From contig BROI01000020.1 in the NCBI GenBank assembly GCA_027923505.1, positions 434,001-498,000 of the forward strand: a stretch of 64,000 nt of DNA, written 5' to 3'. The position numbers and the translations under genes are program-made. The stretch is from Mayamaea pseudoterrestris. Lineage: Eukaryota. Under the pieces are notes generated by a model. That model did no database searches. It saw only the letters and a list, made by a program, of their open reading frames with translations, and had not been told where the DNA came from. Numbering within the stretch: position 1 is the first letter of the stretch; each line of letters begins with the position of its first letter. Below, one piece after another: positions 1 through 12,474 of the stretch.

Positions 1-253
1 AGCTGTCATGGTGGCGACGCGCGCGTCCACGCGGCGTATGAGTAACAATCCGACACAATCACGTTTTACAGTTAGGAGAAGCCGAAGGACTTCGGTCGAA
101 CGAGCAACCCGGAAAGAGCATCTCGTCAGAACCCCAACGAGCCAGCGCAGCCACAATTCCAAAGACGCACTCGCCTCACAAAATTCAATCGTCCGGGCCT
201 CGAAGCCGACCAGCATCCAAACATTATATACAAACACACGTACAAACAAACAC

Positions 254-961
254 ATGACCATGAAGACGACTACCAGTACTCGCTACAGTTCCAAAAAGCT
301 CCTGCTGCTACTGGGATTGTCGTCATCTCAATTCAGTGCATTGGCCTTTCAGCAATCACTCGTTCCATCATTTGGTAGAAATGCTCGACAAACGTCTACC
401 AGAGTTTGGGGGCGGTCGCAGAGTCACGTCAAAGAATCGACGGCTCTCCAAGAACCCGAGACACTGACAAGAAAAGCAAGTTCATTAACAAAGTACGACC
501 TTGGACTCGGCAAGAATCAACCACTTTTTGCTGCTGCCACGTACAAGAAATCGGATGTACCAATATATCCAACTAACGATAGCAATGCTACTGCTACAAC
601 AATAGAAGTGCCATCCGAAAATGACATTCATCAAGCGGTTGAATTCTTGGTCGACCATCAAGGCGCCATGGCCTATCCGTCGCCAAGCATGGTCATGGAG
701 CATCGCGAGCGGCTCTTGCAAGCGGCGGCGGCTGTGTCAACTACGACAACTACAGATACACAACAAAAGCAGCAACAACCACTGCCACGCGTTTCGTTTG
801 CAAAATCGCGCGTATCGCTGCCGATTGTATCGAGCGATAGCGACAGTCACTACGTGGTGGACAAGGCGTCGACGAGCGACTTGGATCTAAACACGGCCTG
901 GGTGGAGCTGCTCATGCTCGAGCAGCAAAAACTCTTGGCGGCAACGGCGGCGGCGCATTAA
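254..961 (+). CDS. Hypothetical protein, probably plastid- or secretory-targeted
   Basis: ATG at 254 follows an A/C-rich leader. A hydrophobic stretch ends in SALAF, like a diatom ASAF bipartite presequence, and is followed by a basic S/T-rich peptide. The ORF-track start at 8 is probably too far upstream. Confidence 0.6.
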   Translation: MTMKTTTSTRYSSKKLLLLLGLSSSQFSALAFQQSLVPSFGRNARQTSTRVWGRSQSHVKESTALQEPETLTRKASSLTKYDLGLGKNQPLFAAATYKKSDVPIYPTNDSNATATTIEVPSENDIHQAVEFLVDHQGAMAYPSPSMVMEHRERLLQAAAAVSTTTTTDTQQKQQQPLPRVSFAKSRVSLPIVSSDSDSHYVVDKASTSDLDLNTAWVELLMLEQQKLLAATAAAH

Positions 962-1224
962 GTGTGACTGCAGTTGCTAGTGAGAGATTGACTTGCAAGT
1001 CGCTAAGAAAAGGAACTCGAGACAAATCTGTTGGAACGAAGCGGCTTGTCTGCCATTGACGTGTTCCGCTTCAGTTCACAAAATGCTATGGTTAACGCGA
1101 TATTATGTATAGCATTAGCTTTTTAAATAAATTCTTTTATTTTCTCAAGTATTACTGTAGTTGTCAAGCAAATGACATGAGAATGTCATTTCCCTCTCAT
1201 GCATGACTCTCACTTCACACATAT

Positions 1225-1914
1225 TCACTCGCTCCGCCGATTCTTCGAATCCAGCTTGGCCATTTGCTGGTCCTGCATCCGTCGAATGTCGCGCATGCGT
1301 TCACCGTCCGTCTTGCGAGCGTCCAAGTATTCGCGCAGTGACTGCATGTTTTCCGCCTTGGTCAATGCTTGCTCCACGAAGGCGTCCACGTCAATGCGGG
1401 GTTTGGAGGTAACTGATGATGATGATTGTTGTCGCATCTTGCTGCTGCTACTAGTATTCATTCCAGAATCGTCTTCGTCTTGATTATTACTACCATCATC
1501 TCTATTGTCTTTCTCGTCCACCTTACGCTGCACTATACTCAAGACGCCATTGGCGGCCGGCGACCCAAGCACAATGTCCAGCAGCACCATGCCACTGACG
1601 ACCAACGGAACGTACTGGCGCCACCCGGATGCCGCATCATTTGTTACGGCAACAAGTAGTGATGATAGTAACGAGTCGTCGAAGCTGCTACTGTAGAGGC
1701 GTGTCGATGATGATGAATACAAATGTCGAGGCGGCAGCCTCGTTGTGCGAGTGGAACACGATTGGAGACGAATTTTCAATATATGACTTCCATTAAGAGG
1801 TTGAACGCTTGTCCATGCGAGTGACATGGACGCCAACGCGAGCCAGCAAAGGAGGACAAGAGCTATTGGTGTTATCCTCGTCATGCTGCTTTTGCTCATG
1901 GAGAAGAATGGCAT
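1225..1914 (-). CDS. Hypothetical membrane protein, probably plastid-targeted
   Basis: Signal peptide ending SLAW, S/R-rich transit-like region, one TM segment and a C-terminal coiled coil. The start is uncertain (1914, 1899 or 1884). Confidence 0.6.
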   Translation of the reverse strand: MPFFSMSKSSMTRITPIALVLLCWLALASMSLAWTSVQPLNGSHILKIRLQSCSTRTTRLPPRHLYSSSSTRLYSSSFDDSLLSSLLVAVTNDAASGWRQYVPLVVSGMVLLDIVLGSPAANGVLSIVQRKVDEKDNRDDGSNNQDEDDSGMNTSSSSKMRQQSSSSVTSKPRIDVDAFVEQALTKAENMQSLREYLDARKTDGERMRDIRRMQDQQMAKLDSKNRRSE

Positions 1915-1938
1915 GCATGTTGTCATGGCGCGGTTGCG

Positions 1939-1976
1939 TGACGTCATCAAGCGCGGCCGCCGCGGCCGTGACGTCA
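1939..1976. promoter_or_regulatory. Two TGACGTCA (CRE/bZIP-type) palindromes 30 bp apart between divergent genes
   Basis: TGACGTCA at 1939-1946 and 1969-1976, between the minus-strand gene and the plus-strand gene starting at 2156. Confidence 0.45.
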
Positions 1977-2155
1977 CATGCTGTCGAAGAGGTGAGGCTC
2001 ATTCTTGTCGCTCCAAGATCCGGCATCAACGAGACGAAGCTAATGATGGCCATGTTCGTCTGCACTTGCATGATGAACAACCTGGATGCAGCCGAATATT
2101 GTTTGCCTGATGTGGACAGTCATCTGATTCATAAATCGATTGTTCTTTTTACAAG

Positions 2156-3709
2156 ATGGCGATTTACACGGCTGTGTCCGCTGTTGAACGAACCCTCGTC
2201 CTCGTCCTTGGCTTCTTCGCTTGCACGCTGCGAACGACGACTGCCCAAATCATTCACCATCATGACGTTCGACCCGCCAATTTTGACTGGCTTTCAATCT
2301 GGTCGACCTACTACGTGCGGGGACCGGGAGCCGTGGACCTGAGTGGAATTACGTTTGTCATGAAAGACTCGAAAGCGTTTTCAACCTACTTTCCAAAAAG
2401 GCGTCATGGCATGTACGCCAACGACGACAGCAATCGCGACGTAGTCGATGCGTCCGATCATGAGGACGAAACTCGCTCCGGGCCATCAGTGATTGAAATT
2501 GTCGTTTTCGATCTTTCAACAAGTTATACGCAATACTCCAAGTCGGCCTTTCAGTGGATGGACAATTTTCCCTTGCAATGCTGCACCGCAAAAGCGGCAG
2601 CTGCCAACGAATGCCAGCTTGGCGAGTTGGCAGTCATCAGTGACAAGGATCCGTTTATAAAAGGGATGCGCCGCATGTCGGTTCCTCTCTCATCGAGCGG
2701 CGTGACGGTAGTTGGTCCACTCGGCGTCTTTGACAAGCCTGACTCTGGATTCGTCAGCATTCACATGGCAAAGTGCGACCGCAACAAGCAAACGATTGGG
2801 GTGACGGGCAATGTCGTCATTCGACACGTACACGGGTACCTCCCCGGCGAATTTTGGAATATTTACATGGTGTTTGCAGCAATTTTTATCGGCTACTGCG
2901 TGACGTTTGCTTGGTACGGCGCAATGATGTACTTGCATCGAGCGACACGCGTTCCGATGGAAAAATACGTTTGGATGACGATTCTTCTCGGCTTACTTGA
3001 AGCTGCGTGTTGGATGTGCTTTTTGGTGACTTGGAACACTGTTGGGAGCCATCCCAATTGGCTGTTACATGTATGCGCCATGGTTGGTGGCGTGAAGCAA
3101 GTTTGGTGCAGGAGTCTCATGGTAATGCTGTCGCTGGGATGGCACGTCACAAGAATCAGGCTGGGAAGGAAAACGAAATGGATTGTATTTCTCGGCATGC
3201 TATTCCTTGGAATATTAATGATACAGTTCTTGTACCGGCTAGGGGTTTGGAAAGAGCCGTATCATTACCTGCGATACGGCAGCATGCACTTTGCAATGGA
3301 TACTCTTCTCGATTTTTTGATTGCTACCATCGATCTTGTTTACATTGCGTGGATACTATTTTCTCTCTCATCATCAATGACTCATTTGAGAGACACAAGT
3401 CGAACCCGCAAGCTGAAGAAATATTCTACTCTGAGAATGTGTCTCGTCTTCTTTTTTCTGTCTGCTCCTGCGTGGGGTTTTGAAACATTTATCAAAAGAC
3501 TGATTGAGCCATGGACCCTTTTCAGCGCCAGCCAGATGAATTATCTCCTCATTATTCTCGCCGTTGCGTGTCTATGGCGGCCAAGTGCTTCTGCAATGGA
3601 ATATTCGTATGTGCCGTCGCCTGTTGTGGAAATCGAGGTGTCAGATGTCCTTGAGGTGCCTGAAGCTAGCGACGCGTCGGAACAGATTCGTAGGAGGCAG
3701 GTTGTATAA
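2156..3709 (+). CDS. TMEM87/GPR107-like GOST (lung seven-transmembrane receptor family) protein
   Basis: 517 aa with signal peptide, lumenal domain containing CCT..C, the HGYLPG motif, then seven TM helices with SLGW, RKLKKY and LWRPS..YSY motifs. Confidence 0.85.
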   Translation: MAIYTAVSAVERTLVLVLGFFACTLRTTTAQIIHHHDVRPANFDWLSIWSTYYVRGPGAVDLSGITFVMKDSKAFSTYFPKRRHGMYANDDSNRDVVDASDHEDETRSGPSVIEIVVFDLSTSYTQYSKSAFQWMDNFPLQCCTAKAAAANECQLGELAVISDKDPFIKGMRRMSVPLSSSGVTVVGPLGVFDKPDSGFVSIHMAKCDRNKQTIGVTGNVVIRHVHGYLPGEFWNIYMVFAAIFIGYCVTFAWYGAMMYLHRATRVPMEKYVWMTILLGLLEAACWMCFLVTWNTVGSHPNWLLHVCAMVGGVKQVWCRSLMVMLSLGWHVTRIRLGRKTKWIVFLGMLFLGILMIQFLYRLGVWKEPYHYLRYGSMHFAMDTLLDFLIATIDLVYIAWILFSLSSSMTHLRDTSRTRKLKKYSTLRMCLVFFFLSAPAWGFETFIKRLIEPWTLFSASQMNYLLIILAVACLWRPSASAMEYSYVPSPVVEIEVSDVLEVPEASDASEQIRRRQVV

Positions 3710-3928
3710 ATTTACAATTACAAAGCGGCTCCACGTTTGTGACTTAAACTTGTGTGTGAAGATATCTGCAAAGGAAACGATGCTAATAGTTCGATGCATG
3801 CACAATATCGGACCGAAGGACGAGGCCGACGCATGTGTTGTAAAATGCACAATCAACTACAATATGAATGTCATCTATCATTAGTCATATATTAAATGTA
3901 ACATGTAATTCATTCCAGGTGAAGCCTG

Positions 3929-6513
3929 TTATTGCATCTTTTTCAGTTCCGCGTCAATGCGTGTGCGAATCAATCCAAGGTCGGCGCTCACTGCTGTCCA
4001 CCAAGCGGCAATGACTAAGCAAAGCAAAATAATGGGAGGAAAGCCAAATAGGTTTCGTATGCCATCTGGACCAGGCTCGACGCCAAACAAGTCCAAACAT
4101 TTGCTCAGAAAACTCACGAGAAAGGCCGCACTACCTCCGCCCCAGCGATTCGCCAAGGTATCGACAATCGGCTTGGCTTCATATCGCGCCTCGTTCGACA
4201 AGCCGCGCCACAGCGACTCGCGGACGGGCTTGGCAACGGCCAAATTCATGATTTTGCAGCACTCGTCGACAAACAAAAAGATGAGTAAATTGGGAGGCTG
4301 TCCACTTGATATGTGGTGCCACCACGCCAAGGCCAAGACTCCCAGCAAGCGAATGATGGGCATGAGACTCAGCGTGCCTCGCGGGCCGCACCAATTGGCC
4401 ACATAGGCACCCAACCCCGTCGCTTGTAGCACAAAAATGGCCAGCGAGCTAGCCATGTTGACGTTCGCCAAAAAGGCAGTGTCAGCTTCCGTCGACTTGG
4501 TCGAGCTGCGGTTCGAAACAAGAGCGGCCCGCTGGAACGACAGAAGCACCGTCGTGGAAGCGTACAGTGCATTGTATGTAAAGATGGACATGAGCAGGCG
4601 CGAGCGCAATATAGTTGTGACTCCTCGCAGCAACCGCTGAAAAAAGCTGTCATCGTTGAATGTTTCTAGTGTCGGCGAGCTCGATCGGGCTCCAGGCTGC
4701 TGATTCAGCTCCGAATTGGATTGAACGCGGTGAAGAGAGTTTCCCGACGCGACTCGTTTCATATGTTGCGTGCTCAACGAATTGCCTGATGAAATGCGCT
4801 TCATCGAGTTGAGCGAGACGGATCGCTTCATACTAGGGTCGAGACTGGCGAGATCGTTGGACGACTGAAAAATTTGCTGCTCCTCCCAATGCTTTTGCAT
4901 AATGCGACCGAGTTCAATTGACAGTTCCGCCGATAGTTCCAGCAGTATTGCGGCAATTAGCAAAAGGCCCGGGAGCTGAAGTATGTGCGCCATGGACGAT
5001 GCAAGTACGCTGTCGACAATGTGTAGCATGTTAGTTGGACGATGAGGGCAACACTGCAAACAAAAGCCCATTCTATTAATAACACAACTCACCTTCCCAA
5101 GACACCTCCCAGCGTACCACCAAATCCCACCAGCGCCAGCTCCTGGAGCCGCGTCTTGGCCGAGTCGAAGCCCATCTTTTTGCGCGCCACCTCCTCATAC
5201 TCCATGGCTTCCGTCGTGACGCCCCACACCAGTGACAGCGAATGCAGCTTCATCAAGTGCACCACCAAGTAAAAGCAAATGTACAGTGCCGCAAGTACAT
5301 TGTCCCAAGACATCCAGCGAGGCAGTGACGAAAATGATTGTGTCTGCGACTCGTCCAGGAGTCGCTGCTCACTCGCAGCGTCAGCGTCATCATTTTTAAC
5401 AACTTGCATATATTGTTCCATGCCACAAAACAAGACACCATACACCAAGAGAAACCACGCAAAGCATCGATAAAAGAGCGCCAAGCTCGTTCCCTGCGTG
5501 TGACCTCTCGTCAAGCCCATTTTCTTCCACCACTTGCGTCGCGCCGGATCGGGCGCTTCAAACAACCAACCAATCGGCACGCTGCTGGTCACCGCCATGG
5601 CCGTGCTCGCCAGCGTGAGTAGCGGCAGCACTTCCAGACCTACCCTTAGTGCAATGGCGTCGCGGAGTGGTGTGAGCACGTAGTTGGCGCAGGTGACGAA
5701 AAAGAGTGCCCAGAAACCCAGCCATGTGCCAGCGTGGAGGGGAGTCTTGGTTTGCAGCGGCAGTAGTTGCTTGGATAGCTGGTACCAGAGTTTGGTGGAT
5801 GCAAAGTAGGGAATGTAGTGATGGTGTGAGTGCGTTTGATGGTGACTGGTATTGTTGCTGTTGTTGTTCGAGTCAAAGGATGCGGACCGCGAGGTGCGAC
5901 GGAGCGGTGACAACGGCGGTGATTGTTTCGCAAGGCTTTGGTGACTGTTGCTGTGCATCAGCAATTCTTGCTCCAGCTCCTGCGTCGAGTGGAAGGAGGA
6001 AGTTCGATTCATGCCATTGCTTTTATCGTTTGCTGATGCAGCGGCGTAGTTGTGATGCAGCAGCGCATGGTTCGTTAGACTCGAGCTGCTCGCATTGGAA
6101 CGAGTCAATGGATGCGACGTCGCATCTGCGCCGTAGTCATTGCCATGCGTTTGCATGAATGATTGCTCGCTATTGCTACTATTTGCTGCTGCTGCTCCCG
6201 TCTGCGACTCCTCGTAAATGGTCGACGGCAGTCGCTTGTGGAGCGACGAGTGACTCGACGAATGAACCATTGCGTGCTGCACGTCGTAGTCCTGATCCAC
6301 GAACAAGCCGTCATCTTCGTCGTCATGATTGTAGTCAGCGGCGTTTCGATGCGCCGCTTGGTCATTTAGACTGAAGGCATCTATGACTGGCTGATTCTCG
6401 TCTTGCTGCTCGTGCAGATCCATGACTGCCTTTCCGGTGCTTCCAAAGAGGGGCGACAGTGGTGAGACGCTGGTTGCCGTTGATGCCGAGGAAACGTCCT
6501 CGTCGAATTGCAT
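3929..6513 (-). CDS. NTT/TLC (ADP/ATP carrier)-like MFS transporter, 2 exons, about 833 aa
   Basis: Exons 6513-5093 and 5009-3929. The intron GTGAGT..ACTAA..CAG joins them in frame (LGSVLASS). Motifs PLRDA and AKPVRESLW..EARYEAKPIVDTLANRWG resemble TLC-family transporters. Confidence 0.75.
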
Positions 6514-6909
6514 GCTCGCTTGCGTAATTATGCAGGCGATCCTTGACGACGACGCGAAATTCTTATTCCTCTCGAGTCACGGAAGTAAAATGGGTTTTGC
6601 GTGTGAAACGTGGAGAAAGTTTGATTCCGTCACCAGTGAGTGAAACCTTGGACGACTTGAAGACTTGTAGAGCAGACGCGAGCAACGGCAGGATTCAACT
6701 TTCTCGGGGCTTGACACGGAAGTGATCAAAATAGATTGTTTGATTGCTTGATGAGTTTGCGTGATGGATCCAGCGAGCCAGAGAGAAGGAATCGCAGCAA
6801 GCAGCAGAAGGACGAGCGAGCGGTGGCGTGTTGTGATGTCGTCGGCTCGAAGTAGCGACGTGTCGCACATGTGAGTGAGAGCACAGACGCCAAGTATTTT
6901 TTGTTTATG

Positions 6910-7010
6910 CGGAGCACAGCCGCCGACGAACGGAGCACAGCCGCCGAATGACGAAAAGTAGCAACGATGCGAACCGATCGCCAAAAGTCGGGCGTTCCAC
7001 GCTAGCGCCG
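6910..7010 (+). promoter_or_regulatory. Conserved upstream element of the RNI/LRR-like genes with paired CGGAGCACAGCCGCCGA repeats
   Basis: 17-bp direct repeat at 6910-6926 and 6931-6947. The same block is conserved upstream of the paralog at about 16406-16513. Confidence 0.5.
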
Positions 7011-7091
7011 CCGCATTGCTTCGATCTCGATTGCAGCGACGATCTCGTACAACTCTTTTACTGTTGCATCAGTCTGCTCGCTGTTTTGATA

Positions 7092-8655
7092 ATGCGCACT
7101 TTCACATTTCGCCTCTGTTGGGGATACTGGTACCAAACCTATGAACATTGTTTTGGTCCAAACTACCTATTTTTGAGCGAAACAGAAAGTGATGGAGCTC
7201 TTGATATTTGTCTCGACGAGGAGTTTTTAAACGGATATCTGTCACTCAACGATTCATCAGCGGATCAGCTTCTCTCTGCTCTACGTAACGAGCCCATTAC
7301 GACAGCCTCACTCTATCATGTTTCTTGGAGAATGAGTCGCATTCTTCGAAGGAACGACGGTGCATCAAAACTACGTCGCCTTTGCGAAACACTAGGATTG
7401 ATACCAACACTCAAAAGAGCAGATATATTGATTTACGCTAATGAACGTCCTTGGAGCGAGCTTCAAATTTGTGCGGTACAGTGTCTGCGACAAATCGATG
7501 AACTCATGTTTGTTGGTTTCAGCCATGAATATGATTACAATGCGGATGAAAGTGTCGAGGACAGTGATGACACGAGCTCCAGCGATGATTCTGATAGCAC
7601 CGACTCTCATGAGCTGTTTGCCCCCGAGGCTTTGCTCGAGCATTCTTCAGTAAAAAATGTTATTCTTCTCGATGTGCAGGTCGAGCAATATCAATACTAT
7701 ATTCCGCTTCTTCGAGCTGCGCCGATGCTTGTCAGCGTCACACTGAATCCCGGTGATTTTAGTATGGACCTTGGGTATGCGGAACCAGGTACTCGGCTAA
7801 TTGTTGACTTGCTGAGTTTGGATAAGCCGGAGCTTGAAATTAATCTCAAGCGGCTTTATTTTGATTATGAATGTGCCGCAAGTGTGTGCAATGCCATTGC
7901 AGGGGCGAATTTAAAGGCACTCAATCTTGTATGTTGCGAGTTTGATAATGCCGAAAGTTGTGCTGGCGCTCACGAGATCGAGCATTGGAGAAGTCGGGCT
8001 GCGCAAGTTGAGGTTTGACGAAGACGAAGACGAAGACGAAGAATGTGATACGCAGTTTCTCACTGCATGTGCTGCCGGGATTCGTAGTATGACCCGACTG
8101 AAAAAGTTTTCGTATCAACCTAAGCGGCTTCATCGCAATGCAAACCGAGCATTGCTCAATAACGCAGTCGTTGGTGTTGTTGGTGCTTTGGCTGGCTGCC
8201 CGCAACTTCTTTCGCTGGACCTCAGTCTTTACTCCTACTCTGCCAGTCTTGACGAAGCCTTGGCAAGCTGCTTTCGCAGCTGTCCGTTGCTGGAGGAATG
8301 TCTGATTTTATGTTGCTCTGATAAGGAGATATACACTGGACAGTCATTGCCAAACTATCCCTTGGCGTTGCAAGCAATGGAGAGTAACTTCACATTACGG
8401 CGTGTTACGTTGGAAGCACTGACTGATGCTTCAAATATGAATTTGCAGATCTACCTCCAACTTAATCAATCGGGCCGCGGCTGCATGGCAACTGATCGTG
8501 CCAATCGTCAGTTGGCTGTGCAGGTCCTTGCGCGGGTGAACAACGAGCTGAGCTATGTATACACTCACCTTCGTGAGAATCCAACAGTTGTTTACAACCG
8601 CGCCACAATGATTAGTAGCTGTGTAAGCCGCAAGCGAAGAGCAAGTGCTCTCTAA
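7092..8655 (+). pseudogene. RNI-like LRR family protein (C-terminal LNxxGR..HLRENP), frameshifted
   Basis: Two overlapping ORFs align end to end with the intact paralog at 16609. The frameshift is near 7958, where DNAES-t-VLALTRS corresponds to EDGEALGYALTRS (2 nt missing). Confidence 0.8.
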
Positions 8656-8806
8656 GATGGATATGTAGGGCCGTAAAAATCTAATTAGCTGTATACCAAA
8701 GGCAGGCATCCTAGGAGAAGAGACATGAAAGTTAATATAAAAGCATATAGCACATAGACACAATTTTTAGCGTTTACGGGTAGGTGCAGTTGCAATCGCA
8801 TGTTAC

Positions 8807-9092
8807 TTCTACTCTGAGAATGTGTCTCGTCTTCTTTTTTCTGTCTGCTCCTGCGTGGGGTTTTGAAACATTTATCAAAAGACTGATTGAGCCATGGACC
8901 CTTTTCAGCGCCAGCCAGATGAATTATCTCCTCATTATTCTCGCCGTTGCGTGTCTATGGCGGCCAAGTGCTTCTGCAATGGAATATTCGTATGTGCCGT
9001 CGCCTGTTGTGGAAATCGAGGTGTCAGATGTCCTTGAGGTGCCTGAAGCTAGCGACGCGTCGGAACAGATTCGTAGGAGGCAGGTTGTATAA
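8807..9092 (+). pseudogene. 5'-truncated fragment of the TMEM87-like gene created by the duplication junction
   Basis: Identical to 3424-3709 and lacks the first ~420 codons. Confidence 0.85.
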
Positions 9093-9311
9093 ATTTACAA
9101 TTACAAAGCGGCTCCACGTTTGTGACTTAAACTTGTGTGTGAAGATATCTGCAAAGGAAACGATGCTAATAGTTCGATGCATGCACAATATCGGACCGAA
9201 GGACGAGGCCGACGCATGTGTTGTAAAATGCACAATCAACTACAATATGAATGTCATCTATCATTAGTCATATATTAAATGTAACATGTAATTCATTCCA
9301 GGTGAAGCCTG

Positions 9312-11896
9312 TTATTGCATCTTTTTCAGTTCCGCGTCAATGCGTGTGCGAATCAATCCAAGGTCGGCGCTCACTGCTGTCCACCAAGCGGCAATGACTA
9401 AGCAAAGCAAAATAATGGGAGGAAAGCCAAATAGGTTTCGTATGCCATCTGGACCAGGCTCGACGCCAAACAAGTCCAAACATTTGCTCAGAAAACTCAC
9501 GAGAAAGGCCGCACTACCTCCGCCCCAGCGATTCGCCAAGGTATCGACAATCGGCTTGGCTTCATATCGCGCCTCGTTCGACAAGCCGCGCCACAGCGAC
9601 TCGCGGACGGGCTTGGCAACGGCCAAATTCATGATTTTGCAGCACTCGTCGACAAACAAAAAGATGAGTAAATTGGGAGGCTGTCCACTTGATATGTGGT
9701 GCCACCACGCCAAGGCCAAGACTCCCAGCAAGCGAATGATGGGCATGAGACTCAGCGTGCCTCGCGGGCCGCACCAATTGGCCACATAGGCACCCAACCC
9801 CGTCGCTTGTAGCACAAAAATGGCCAGCGAGCTAGCCATGTTGACGTTCGCCAAAAAGGCAGTGTCAGCTTCCGTCGACTTGGTCGAGCTGCGGTTCGAA
9901 ACAAGAGCGGCCCGCTGGAACGACAGAAGCACCGTCGTGGAAGCGTACAGTGCATTGTATGTAAAGATGGACATGAGCAGGCGCGAGCGCAATATAGTTG
10001 TGACTCCTCGCAGCAACCGCTGAAAAAAGCTGTCATCGTTGAATGTTTCTAGTGTCGGCGAGCTCGATCGGGCTCCAGGCTGCTGATTCAGCTCCGAATT
10101 GGATTGAACGCGGTGAAGAGAGTTTCCCGACGCGACTCGTTTCATATGTTGCGTGCTCAACGAATTGCCTGATGAAATGCGCTTCATCGAGTTGAGCGAG
10201 ACGGATCGCTTCATACTAGGGTCGAGACTGGCGAGATCGTTGGACGACTGAAAAATTTGCTGCTCCTCCCAATGCTTTTGCATAATGCGACCGAGTTCAA
10301 TTGACAGTTCCGCCGATAGTTCCAGCAGTATTGCGGCAATTAGCAAAAGGCCCGGGAGCTGAAGTATGTGCGCCATGGACGATGCAAGTACGCTGTCGAC
10401 AATGTGTAGCATGTTAGTTGGACGATGAGGGCAACACTGCAAACAAAAGCCCATTCTATTAATAACACAACTCACCTTCCCAAGACACCTCCCAGCGTAC
10501 CACCAAATCCCACCAGCGCCAGCTCCTGGAGCCGCGTCTTGGCCGAGTCGAAGCCCATCTTTTTGCGCGCCACCTCCTCATACTCCATGGCTTCCGTCGT
10601 GACGCCCCACACCAGTGACAGCGAATGCAGCTTCATCAAGTGCACCACCAAGTAAAAGCAAATGTACAGTGCCGCAAGTACATTGTCCCAAGACATCCAG
10701 CGAGGCAGTGACGAAAATGATTGTGTCTGCGACTCGTCCAGGAGTCGCTGCTCACTCGCAGCGTCAGCGTCATCATTTTTAACAACTTGCATATATTGTT
10801 CCATGCCACAAAACAAGACACCATACACCAAGAGAAACCACGCAAAGCATCGATAAAAGAGCGCCAAGCTCGTTCCCTGCGTGTGACCTCTCGTCAAGCC
10901 CATTTTCTTCCACCACTTGCGTCGCGCCGGATCGGGCGCTTCAAACAACCAACCAATCGGCACGCTGCTGGTCACCGCCATGGCCGTGCTCGCCAGCGTG
11001 AGTAGCGGCAGCACTTCCAGACCTACCCTTAGTGCAATGGCGTCGCGGAGTGGTGTGAGCACGTAGTTGGCGCAGGTGACGAAAAAGAGTGCCCAGAAAC
11101 CCAGCCATGTGCCAGCGTGGAGGGGAGTCTTGGTTTGCAGCGGCAGTAGTTGCTTGGATAGCTGGTACCAGAGTTTGGTGGATGCAAAGTAGGGAATGTA
11201 GTGATGGTGTGAGTGCGTTTGATGGTGACTGGTATTGTTGCTGTTGTTGTTCGAGTCAAAGGATGCGGACCGCGAGGTGCGACGGAGCGGTGACAACGGC
11301 GGTGATTGTTTCGCAAGGCTTTGGTGACTGTTGCTGTGCATCAGCAATTCTTGCTCCAGCTCCTGCGTCGAGTGGAAGGAGGAAGTTCGATTCATGCCAT
11401 TGCTTTTATCGTTTGCTGATGCAGCGGCGTAGTTGTGATGCAGCAGCGCATGGTTCGTTAGACTCGAGCTGCTCGCATTGGAACGAGTCAATGGATGCGA
11501 CGTCGCATCTGCGCCGTAGTCATTGCCATGCGTTTGCATGAATGATTGCTCGCTATTGCTACTATTTGCTGCTGCTGCTCCCGTCTGCGACTCCTCGTAA
11601 ATGGTCGACGGCAGTCGCTTGTGGAGCGACGAGTGACTCGACGAATGAACCATTGCGTGCTGCACGTCGTAGTCCTGATCCACGAACAAGCCGTCATCTT
11701 CGTCGTCATGATTGTAGTCAGCGGCGTTTCGATGCGCCGCTTGGTCATTTAGACTGAAGGCATCTATGACTGGCTGATTCTCGTCTTGCTGCTCGTGCAG
11801 ATCCATGACTGCCTTTCCGGTGCTTCCAAAGAGGGGCGACAGTGGTGAGACGCTGGTTGCCGTTGATGCCGAGGAAACGTCCTCGTCGAATTGCAT
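9312..11896 (-). CDS. NTT/TLC-like transporter, duplicate copy
   Basis: Exons 11896-10476 and 10392-9312. The translation is identical to the first copy. Confidence 0.75.
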
Positions 11897-12474
11897 GCTC
11901 GCTTGCGTAATTATGCAGGCGATCCTTGACGACGACGCGAAATTCTTATTCCTCTCGAGTCACGGAAGTAAAATGGGTTTTGCGTGTGAAACGTGGAGAA
12001 AGTTTGATTCCGTCACCAGTGAGTGAAACCTTGGACGACTTGAAGACTTGTAGAGCAGACGCGAGCAACGGCAGGATTCAACTTTCTCGGGGCTTGACAC
12101 GGAAGTGATCAAAATAGATTGTTTGATTGCTTGATGAGTTTGCGTGATGGATCCAGCGAGCCAGAGAGAAGGAATCGCAGCAAGCAGCAGAAGGACGAGC
12201 GAGCGGTGGCGTGTTGTGATGTCGTCGGCTCGAAGTAGCGACGTGTCGCACATGTGAGTGAGAGCACAGACGCCAAGTATTTTTTGTTTATGCGGAGCAC
12301 AGCCGCCGACGAACGGAGCACAGCCGCCGAATGACGAAAAGTAGCAACGATGCGAACCGATCGCCAAAAGTCGGGCGTTCCACGCTAGCGCCGCCGCATT
12401 GCTTCGATCTCGATTGCAGCGACGATCTCGTACAACTCTTTTACTGTTGCATCAGTCTGCTCGCTGTTTTGATA

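Larger units (their letters stand above)
3424..8808 (+). repeat. Tandem segmental duplication 1, copy A (5383-bp period)
   Basis: All ORFs recur at an offset of +5383. TT microhomology at the junction (8807-8808). Confidence 0.97.

Noticed and set aside
7927..8018. Programmed frameshift or intron in the RNI-like gene
   Set aside because: No slippery site or intron is visible. Alignment with the intact paralog indicates a simple 2-nt deletion.
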